DNA of 61,931 bases from a virus (lineage: Duplodnaviria; Caudoviricetes). The position numbers were made by a program, and so were the translations under genes. The notes beneath the pieces are model-generated. The model was not told the DNA's origin and did not search any database. It saw only the letters and a list, made by a program, of their open reading frames with translations. Shown here in pieces: positions 40,613 through 46,680 of this stretch. Where the stretch lies: the IMG/VR virus record IMGVR_UViG_3300008267_000131, positions 1 through 61,931 of that record; one strand, 5' to 3'. Numbering within the stretch: position 1 is the stretch's first letter; each line of letters starts with the position of its first letter.

Positions 40613-41058
40613 AACTATCTACGAACTTCTCTCTGGGCGAACTGACCCGTAGCGACGCCGCAAAACGTCAAGGAATTGCTAACGTGCCAACCGAGCAAGA
40701 GATTAAAAATCTAAAGGCAATCTGTGAGGATATCCTTGAGCCATTACGTGCCGATATGGGATTCCCCATTTTCATTAGTAGCGGGTTTCGCTCTGCTGCC
40801 GTAAACAAGAAGATTGGCGGAAGCACCACTTCACAGCACTGTAAGGGTGAGGCCGTAGACATCGATAACGATGGTAACAACGCAGAAATTTTCCATTGGA
40901 TTCTAGAAAATGCTGATTTTGACCAACTTATCTGGGAATTCGGAAATGAAAAAGAACCAGATTGGGTTCACGTTAGCTACGTAAAAGACCGTAAAAACCG
41001 TGGCCAGATTTTGCGTGCAAAGCGTGTCGCTGGTAAAACTGTTTACGAAAAGTTTTAA
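40609..41058 (+). CDS. Endolysin, peptidase M15A family (149 aa)
   Basis: NFSL.EL, ISSGFRS..VN..IGGS..SQH..GEAVDI, WVHVS zinc-peptidase motifs. Confidence 0.9.
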   Translation: MKLSTNFSLGELTRSDAAKRQGIANVPTEQEIKNLKAICEDILEPLRADMGFPIFISSGFRSAAVNKKIGGSTTSQHCKGEAVDIDNDGNNAEIFHWILENADFDQLIWEFGNEKEPDWVHVSYVKDRKNRGQILRAKRVAGKTVYEKF

Positions 41059-41068
41059 CTTTGTCTAA
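41056..41068 (+). promoter_or_regulatory. -7 box TAACTTTG overlapped by TTGTCTAA
   Basis: Exact consensus at 41056-41063, motif at 41061-41068. Confidence 0.65.
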
Positions 41069-41080
41069 AGACCTCAGACC

Positions 41081-41242
41081 ATGAAAATGAAGATGCTTAC
41101 TCCTAAAATGTATAAGGAGATTGAAGTGAAGTCTCCTGACCTTATGGAGGCTATGAGGCAGGTGCAGGCCGCCGTGAAAGTGTGTGGCTGTACTCCGCTG
41201 TACTACGAGATTTGCGCCAAATACGAAGAAGAATCAGAATAA
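41081..41242 (+). CDS. Hypothetical protein (53 aa, not in track)
   Basis: MKMKMLTPKMYKEIEVKSPDL...; fills the gap after the promoter. Confidence 0.6.
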   Translation: MKMKMLTPKMYKEIEVKSPDLMEAMRQVQAAVKVCGCTPLYYEICAKYEEESE

Positions 41243-41243
41243 G

Positions 41244-41468
41244 ATGCCAAGTAAGAGTAAAAAATTCTACGACTCCAATCCGAAGTCTAAAGAGCTCAAG
41301 AAGAAGTACGATACAAAGTACCATTCTACTGAAGAGCGGAAGAAGTACCGTGCTTTTCTGAACAAAAAAAACAGAGACGCCGGGACTTATGGGAATGGAG
41401 ACGGAATGGATTATGACCACTCTGAAAGGAAGTTTATTAAGAAAGAACGCAATAGAGCAAAAAAGTAA
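41244..41468 (+). CDS. Small basic protein with degenerate HNH-like motif (74 aa; start revised)
   Basis: GDGMDYDH...NRA; ATG 1 nt after the upstream stop. Confidence 0.6.
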   Translation: MPSKSKKFYDSNPKSKELKKKYDTKYHSTEERKKYRAFLNKKNRDAGTYGNGDGMDYDHSERKFIKKERNRAKK

Positions 41469-41470
41469 TC

Positions 41471-42097
41471 ATGCCACAGCCAAATAAGAAGCGAGTAACG
41501 AGAGGGGAGAAGCTATCGGCAAAGGCGGAGCTTGAAATGCTCAGCAATCCGTGGTCTGGAGATGCTGGCCTAGAGGCATTTCAAGAGCAACAGCGAAGAC
41601 AAGAACGCCCAGTCCTTGATGCCGCAAAAAAAATGCGCCTTGGATGGAGCGGTCTTGCCCTTGGTGGAAAGAACGGAAGAAGCAAAGCCGAGAACTGGAA
41701 TGAGCTAACCAATAAAATGGAGACACCAACTAGCCTAGACAGCAAAGCCGTTAAGGCTTTGAAGGTTATTGGTCGTGCTACTCCTATTCCACTTGTGGCT
41801 GGGGCCGTGGCATCAGGCATGACGCCAATCGTTGTATATCCAGAACTTCGGGGCGCTGGTGATTTTGTCGAGACGGTTGTTTCCGAGTCTAGAAAAAACA
41901 AAGACTACAGAAAGGATGTCAAGGTATTGGCAAAGTCTAATCGTAAAGATGCGTCTTTGTATGAACAAAGGGCCGGAGAAATAGTCCGGGCCAAATACGA
42001 AGCACGTGGATTAAAGCAAGAGGACATAGATAAACAGAAATACGGCGCACAGCAAACCACATACGCATCCAATCAAAAAACCCTAAAGAAAAAATGA
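41471..42097 (+). CDS. Basic hypothetical protein (208 aa)
   Basis: Tightly packed ORF; no family recognised. Confidence 0.65.
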   Translation: MPQPNKKRVTRGEKLSAKAELEMLSNPWSGDAGLEAFQEQQRRQERPVLDAAKKMRLGWSGLALGGKNGRSKAENWNELTNKMETPTSLDSKAVKALKVIGRATPIPLVAGAVASGMTPIVVYPELRGAGDFVETVVSESRKNKDYRKDVKVLAKSNRKDASLYEQRAGEIVRAKYEARGLKQEDIDKQKYGAQQTTYASNQKTLKKK

Positions 42098-42198
42098 CCG
42101 GCCAAGAATTCGAAGATTGGGTAAATGACCTTGAAGAGGCAAAGCAACCCACTTGCAATATTGAAAATCCAGAACAGTGCGAAAACTGCGGAAGCTGA
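42094..42198 (+). CDS. 34-aa acidic peptide ending CNIENPEQCENCGS (RNR C-terminal tail-like; not in track)
   Basis: MTGQEFEDWVNDLEEAKQPTCNIENPEQCENCGS; ATGA overlap upstream and TGATG overlap downstream. Confidence 0.75.
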   Translation: MTGQEFEDWVNDLEEAKQPTCNIENPEQCENCGS

Positions 42199-42374
42199 TG
42201 AACGAGGCGTTCAATGACTACATCTTTCACTACAATCCATACTCTCGGGTATGGAGTGCGGTAAAGCGTGAGTATTCCAATGCCTACTTCAATGGGGAGG
42301 ATATCCCTGAGGGTGGAATTCACCGCTCTGAAGATTTGAAGATATTAACGCATTACATCAACTGGAATGGCTAA
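42198..42374 (+). CDS. Hypothetical protein (58 aa; start revised)
   Basis: YIFHYNPY..VWSA..RE....YFNG; TGATG coupling. Confidence 0.65.
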   Translation: MNEAFNDYIFHYNPYSRVWSAVKREYSNAYFNGEDIPEGGIHRSEDLKILTHYINWNG

Positions 42375-42486
42375 GAGTGCAAAAAAGCGTGGTGAGAATA
42401 CAAGCGGTAAGAAGCGTGTAAGCAAAGACCGTGTGGTAATTGGTATTAATAATTTTGAAATTGTAAATCGGTTATGGCAAAAGTAG
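42367..42486 (+). CDS. Small basic protein (39 aa, not in track)
   Basis: MAKSAKKRGENTSGKKRVSK...; overlaps both neighbours by a few bases. Confidence 0.5.
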   Translation: MAKSAKKRGENTSGKKRVSKDRVVIGINNFEIVNRLWQK

Positions 42487-42611
42487 CGGCCGTTCTGGTC
42501 AAGCGTGAGAAGAAGCAGGTATCTCGTCCTGGTGTTCACGCAAAAACAAAGTCTTCTAAGAACAAGGGCAGCAAGCTCTACAAAAAGGTCTATAAGGGCC
42601 AAGGAAAATGA
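42474..42611 (+). CDS. Small very basic protein (45 aa, not in track)
   Basis: RPGVHAKTKSSKNKGSKLYKKVYKGQGK; ATGA overlap with the next gene. Confidence 0.7.
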   Translation: MAKVAAVLVKREKKQVSRPGVHAKTKSSKNKGSKLYKKVYKGQGK

Positions 42612-43048
42612 AATGGTCGTTCATCTTAATCCCATTACTAACTGGGTGCTCAGCAAGCTGGCATCTAAAGCAGGCAGTGAAGAAGGACCCGTCTCTCCTT
42701 CAAACGAAGACCATTGTCCTTACCGACACCTTGGAGCTTCCGGGGAAGACGATTGTTGACACGTTAGAGGTTCCTACTCTTGACCAGTGGACAGCTTGGG
42801 AGAATGACTCTCTTAGAATCGAGTTGTCTTTAGTTAAGGATGCTGTGACTGGTCAGAGCCGAATCAAGTTCAAGGCTGATATCAAGCCTCAGACTATAAC
42901 CAGGGAAGTGAAGGTAGACTGTCCTCCTTCGGTAATCCAGAAGCCCTCCTCTCGTTCAAGGCTATCAAGCTTTGTGCTCTACGCTCTGGGAGCCTTGTTC
43001 GTTTATGGCGTAGGGTACCTGCACGGTCGAGTAACTGGGAGAGGATAA
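42608..43048 (+). CDS. Lipoprotein with C-terminal TM helix, unimolecular spanin candidate (146 aa)
   Basis: Lipobox LLTG-C (Cys14), beta-rich middle, hydrophobic FVLYALGALFVYGVGYL near the C-terminus. Confidence 0.65.
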   Translation: MKWSFILIPLLTGCSASWHLKQAVKKDPSLLQTKTIVLTDTLELPGKTIVDTLEVPTLDQWTAWENDSLRIELSLVKDAVTGQSRIKFKADIKPQTITREVKVDCPPSVIQKPSSRSRLSSFVLYALGALFVYGVGYLHGRVTGRG

Positions 43049-43343
43049 TACGTCCTCTTCTAGATATCCGATATACCCCATATGCTTGTTTATGGATAAG
43101 GTCGTCTTTGATGGCGTCCTTGATGTGGTCTGCGGTTACAGAATACAGCTGTGAGCCATCTATATCGTTGGAGTAGTTGAAGAATCCATCTACGTCTTCT
43201 AGGTGTGCTGCGAACAGCAGGAACATAACGGTGGGCTCACCGATATGATGGTCTTTAGCTATGTACTTGATAGCCCTATTTATTTGGAAATAATCCAACG
43301 CAGCGTCTGATGCTCTACGGATTATCTCAATATTTGACGACAT
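42894..43343 (-). CDS. Putative winged-helix DNA-binding protein (149 aa)
   Basis: IKDDLIHK...GVYRISRRGR resembles the wing of MarR-like wHTH; 3' end overlaps the convergent gene. Confidence 0.45.
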   Translation of the reverse strand: MSSNIEIIRRASDAALDYFQINRAIKYIAKDHHIGEPTVMFLLFAAHLEDVDGFFNYSNDIDGSQLYSVTADHIKDAIKDDLIHKQAYGVYRISRRGRIILSQLLDRAGTLRHKRTRLPERRAQSLIALNERRASGLPKEDSLPSLPWL

Positions 43344-43633
43344 GTCTCCATAATTACTGGGCCTTGCTCACCGAAGTCCTCATCTACAAACTCTTCATTG
43401 ATAAAGTCTATGGCCTCATCTATTTCGATGTCTTTACGTCTCATGGCTATATCAACCATTGCCCAGTAGTCATAGACAAGGCATGGTTTGAGGTTTGGCT
43501 TTACCGCTATACCGAGGAATGCGTCCTCCATATCTCTGATGGCTACAATCCCGTTTACGAATTCGTTGTCATCACCGAGTGTATCGAAGATGTACTTCCG
43601 CAGGGTGTCGTAATCGTGGATTGTTCCGTACAT
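43322..43633 (-). CDS. Conserved acidic phage protein (103 aa)
   Basis: DAFLGI...LVYDY..M...DEAIDFI...GEQGPV pattern; -7 box at 43638-43645. Confidence 0.7.
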   Translation of the reverse strand: MYGTIHDYDTLRKYIFDTLGDDNEFVNGIVAIRDMEDAFLGIAVKPNLKPCLVYDYWAMVDIAMRRKDIEIDEAIDFINEEFVDEDFGEQGPVIMETCRQILR

Positions 43634-43728
43634 GTTGCAAATTTAAGATTTCCGATTATATTAACTAGTTAGTTAGTTAACTAGTATAGTTATATACTTA
43701 GAACATATATGTGGACTTTTTTGAAAAG

Positions 43729-43843
43729 TGTACGGATTTTCCGTACATCCACCCCCCAGTTTCCGGATTTTCCGTACACGTGTTACAACTCATGTCCGGA
43801 TTTTCCGTACACCCATAATTACGATGTACGGATTTTCCGGAAA
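43729..43843 (-). repeat. Four 19-bp iterons (array B, intergenic)
   Basis: Copies start at 43729, 43760, 43793 and 43825; consensus TKTMCGGATTTTCCGKAMA, the reverse complement of the repeats in the initiator gene. Confidence 0.92.
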
Positions 43844-44002
43844 CTAGTCAGACCACTTATCCGTTGGGAGTAGTGCCATGAACGTCCACCGCATCCACGT
43901 CACACCAATCCAGTAACCACCCTCGAGTGATTTATCGTAGCCAATGGACACGCACGGCAGAACAACAAACACTCCCCAGTTTTTTAAAAAGTATGTTTTC
44001 AT
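43844..44002 (-). CDS. Small hypothetical protein (52 aa, not in track)
   Basis: MKTYFLKNWGVFVVLPCVSIGYDKSLEGGYWIGVTWMRWTFMALLPTDKWSD; stop abuts array B. Confidence 0.5.
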   Translation of the reverse strand: MKTYFLKNWGVFVVLPCVSIGYDKSLEGGYWIGVTWMRWTFMALLPTDKWSD

Positions 44003-44038
44003 GGTGTGAATATAATCATTTTCCTGACGTCAGGAACT

Positions 44039-44116
44039 TGGTGACCCCGGCACGATTCGAACGTGCAACCCACAGCTTAGAAGGCTGTTGCTCTAGTCCG
44101 ATTGAGCTACGGGGCC
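44039..44116 (-). tRNA. tRNA-Arg (anticodon UCU) with encoded CCA
   Basis: Cloverleaf: acceptor GGCCCCG/CGGGGTC, D stem GCTC/GAGC, anticodon arm ACAGC-CTTCTAA-GCTGT, T arm GCACG-TTCGAAT-CGTGC, ACCA end. Confidence 0.96.
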
Positions 44117-44120
44117 TCTA

Positions 44121-44684
44121 TCACTCTTCGAGCCAGTCGACTAGCGTGGCATCGATATCCTCTTCACACATCACGTATACGTTCTGCATGTCGAGCCTAT
44201 TCTCAAAGGCGTTGCGTGGGTGGAAGGTAACCTTCTGACCAACCATCTCTGGATTGGGGTGTACGAGCACCGTTCCCTGCTTCTCACTAACCAACCCCTC
44301 AGGACGCAATTTCAGCCCTCCTGAGAGCTTTTCTGGTAGCTTGTAAGGTACCACTGCCACATGACCATTAAAACTCTCCCAAATCGAAGAATCTGACCTC
44401 TTCACAAAGAACACAGAGTCCTCTGGCACCAAACACCTCGTATCATCGTCAATAAACGCCACAGAGCCCTCCATCTCTACCACCGTGTAGTGAAAGAACA
44501 ATCTGTCCCCTCTACCTACTCTAGAGCCCCTAGGAGACGCATATACGACCCCCTCCTGCTTAGCATAGTGCGTGGGCCTATACGTCGGGTCGACATACAA
44601 CACCCCTCCACCGTTCAACTCAATCTCCCTATTGTACGCATCCCTATTGATGTCCACAATAAAACGTCCAAATACACTGTCCAT
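44121..44684 (-). CDS. GroES-like co-chaperonin, tandem domains (187 aa; start revised to ATG 44684)
   Basis: RFIV...GG.LY...GVVYA.P...GDRLFFHY and VAV.P...SGGL...GTV...GQKVTF...VMCEEDI; -7 box TATATTTG at 44703-44710 lies inside the longer track ORF. Confidence 0.72.
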   Translation of the reverse strand: MDSVFGRFIVDINRDAYNREIELNGGGVLYVDPTYRPTHYAKQEGVVYASPRGSRVGRGDRLFFHYTVVEMEGSVAFIDDDTRCLVPEDSVFFVKRSDSSIWESFNGHVAVVPYKLPEKLSGGLKLRPEGLVSEKQGTVLVHPNPEMVGQKVTFHPRNAFENRLDMQNVYVMCEEDIDATLVDWLEE

Positions 44685-44734
44685 AATCAACTTATTTGAC
44701 CGCAAATATAACCTACCCCACACCAACCAAACCA

Positions 44735-44910
44735 ATAGCTAAATCCTATCACCTGCCTGTCTTACCCCCGTAATTTTCGAGACAAACACCATTTCCAATA
44801 GCCAAAACCTATCAGCATCCCAACACCATACCCCCATCTAAATACCCCCACCACCCAGCAAAACCACTGTAAATCAGTTAACTAACCGGGTGCCCATAGC
44901 TAAAAACTAT
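44735..44910. repeat. Three ATAG-N7-CTAT dyad sites
   Basis: ATAGCTAAATCCTAT at 44735-44749, ATAGCCAAAACCTAT at 44798-44812, ATAGCTAAAAACTAT at 44896-44910. Confidence 0.7.
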
Positions 44911-45163
44911 TAGCCAACAAACCATGTAGGTCGGGAGGAAACAATGTGAGTTGGGAGGGGCAATAACACATACAAGAAGGGGGGAGTGCCTGCGCTGCGG
45001 GAACCGCTCGCACTCACCGGGTACCCCCCGCCGGCTTTCAGCCTCACACGAGGTACCCCAACCTCCCCCAACCAGCCAACTAATGCCAAAGTAAAACTAA
45101 AAGTTTTAACCCTGCTATTAGACTGGCTAACCGGCTGAAAGTCAGTAGGGTTAGACCGGGAAC

Positions 45164-45198
45164 TTCTTGTATTATTGACGAGTCAATAAGTACAAGAA
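45164..45198. repeat. 35-bp near-perfect inverted repeat
   Basis: TTCTTGTA-TTATTGAC-GA-GTCAATAA-G-TACAAGAA, one bulged base. Confidence 0.85.
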
Positions 45199-45374
45199 AA
45201 CCCCCCAAAAACTCCCTTGGCTTGACTCGCTCTAACTTAGCGTGTGAAACTAAAGTAAGACTTTAGTCGTGTGTGAAGTTTGCGCTTGGGTTATGCTTGG
45301 GCTTTATGCGCCCTTATGCGATTACAATCCCCTTGCCATCCCTTTAGGGATGATTTCCCATTGTCTTGGATAGG

Positions 45375-45407
45375 TTTGGAAAGTTTCCGATGCTTGCCGT
45401 ATCTTTG
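45375..45407 (+). promoter_or_regulatory. Full Bacteroidota primary-sigma promoter for early genes
   Basis: TTTG (45375-45378), 21-nt spacer, TATCTTTG (45400-45407). Confidence 0.85.
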
Positions 45408-45448
45408 CAGCAGTTCAACCGGTCAACCGACCACAATTCCCCTTAATC

Positions 45449-45916
45449 ATGAAAACCACGACAACCACCCCAACCACCCGTAAGACTAACCGCAAGAGCA
45501 GCAAGGCTGCCCCACGTGTTAGTAGCAAGGCTACAAGTCTTGAATCAAAAGAGGCGAAGCCTCTGCCGAAGGACGTTTACTTCCGGCTTCGCTACCGATT
45601 GGCTTTACAAGCCAATAATCTTGGCTCTGCCAAGAAGTTTGCCAACATCCTTAAAAGGATGGAGGCTCCTTTGGAAGTTAAAGGTGAAACCTTTAAGACA
45701 ATGGCTAAAGCCATTGAGTACGTAGATTCATTGAAGGCTCCGAAGGCTACGCCGAAGGCTGCTCCGGTAGCAAAGAAGGTGCGTGAGCCGAAGGCCACGA
45801 GCGATTCTTTGGCTGAAGTGCTGAAGCAAATCAATGAGATGGCTACGAAGTACAATTGGTCTAAAGCCGAAGTAGCCAAAATGACTATGGCTGCTATTGA
45901 CAAGGTTGGTGCTTAA
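45449..45916 (+). CDS. First early gene, Lys/Ala-rich basic protein (155 aa)
   Basis: Follows the promoter; KAPKATPKAAP repeats; ends in a terminator. Confidence 0.75.
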   Translation: MKTTTTTPTTRKTNRKSSKAAPRVSSKATSLESKEAKPLPKDVYFRLRYRLALQANNLGSAKKFANILKRMEAPLEVKGETFKTMAKAIEYVDSLKAPKATPKAAPVAKKVREPKATSDSLAEVLKQINEMATKYNWSKAEVAKMTMAAIDKVGA

Positions 45917-45931
45917 GCATCAACCTTTTTT
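45902..45931 (+). terminator. Intrinsic terminator overlapping the stop codon
   Basis: AAGGTTGGTGCT/AGCATCAACCTT stem followed by a T-run. Confidence 0.75.
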
Positions 45932-45945
45932 ATTCTTTTAAATCT

Positions 45946-46071
45946 ATGAATACCTTCGAGATTACCCTTGACGGCAAGACTTACCGCATAGAGGCTTATA
46001 GCCTCCGTGAGGCAAAGACTGCCGCTGTTCTCCTTTCTATGAATCTTTATGAACTCCCCTTTGAACTTTAA
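45946..46071 (+). CDS. Small early protein (41 aa, not in track)
   Basis: MNTFEITLDGKTYRIEAYSLREAKTAAV... Confidence 0.55.
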   Translation: MNTFEITLDGKTYRIEAYSLREAKTAAVLLSMNLYELPFEL

Positions 46072-46107
46072 TTTCTTTTGTCTAATCTTTGGAATCTTTC
46101 TAACACT

Positions 46108-46641
46108 ATGAAACCCTTTTCTGACCACGAAATGAGCCGAATTCAAGCGGCTCTCTTGCAGCGATTTTTAACCACCGAAGGTGCTTATCAAGACTACCTC
46201 AAAGCATTCAAGAGCGACAACGAGGAGGGCTATTCGCTATATGTTTATACCGGTGTTTCGACACATTTATTGTATACTTATTGCGCTATAATTTCTTCCT
46301 TTAATTGGGATTCACATTCAAGAGCCGAAGGAAAAACTTGGGCTGAACTCAATTCTGAGTCTACGGATTTCATAGAGTCAGAATATAAAAAGATAGACAA
46401 GTGGGTTAGGACTTCAGTCATAGCCTATGACCTTTATAGATTCCTTGGACACGAGGTCTTCGCTTCCTTTGTTGCCAATGTAGTAAGATGGAAAGTCATC
46501 AATGAATTGAAAGAATCTGAAGGGCTCAATATCATAGATGATGCGTTCACTTGGAAAGCAACATTTGAAGGTCACGACTTTTGGTCTGACTTAAGTGCTT
46601 CTTATGATGAATTCAAGACAAGTGAAGCCGCCGCACTTTAA
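46108..46641 (+). CDS. Early protein with duplicated F.W...EG..W module (177 aa; start revised)
   Basis: ISSFNWDSHSRAEGKTWAEL and IDDAFTWKATFEGHDFWSDL. Confidence 0.7.
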   Translation: MKPFSDHEMSRIQAALLQRFLTTEGAYQDYLKAFKSDNEEGYSLYVYTGVSTHLLYTYCAIISSFNWDSHSRAEGKTWAELNSESTDFIESEYKKIDKWVRTSVIAYDLYRFLGHEVFASFVANVVRWKVINELKESEGLNIIDDAFTWKATFEGHDFWSDLSASYDEFKTSEAAAL

Positions 46642-46680
46642 TTCGGTAGCAAAATCCCTTAATCAATCAAAACCTTAATC

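Noticed and set aside
43729-43843. Possible mini CRISPR array
   Set aside because: Repeats of 19 bp with 12-14 bp spacers are too short, no cas genes are present, and the repeats match the initiator-gene iterons
44039-44116. Suppressor tRNA or stop-codon reassignment
   Set aside because: The 7-nt loop CTTCTAA centres on TCT (Arg), not CTA; genes are intact under code 11 and end in all three stop codons
43927-44238. 103-aa plus-strand ORF
   Set aside because: It lies antisense across the tRNA and the GroES-like gene end; probably spurious
44818-44857. G-quadruplex on the minus strand
   Set aside because: Four G-tracts are present but two loops are 9 nt; weak support beyond the local C/G skew
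45164-45198. Protelomerase target (linear plasmid-phage end)
   Set aside because: No protelomerase, tyrosine recombinase or partition genes recognised; the palindrome is imperfect
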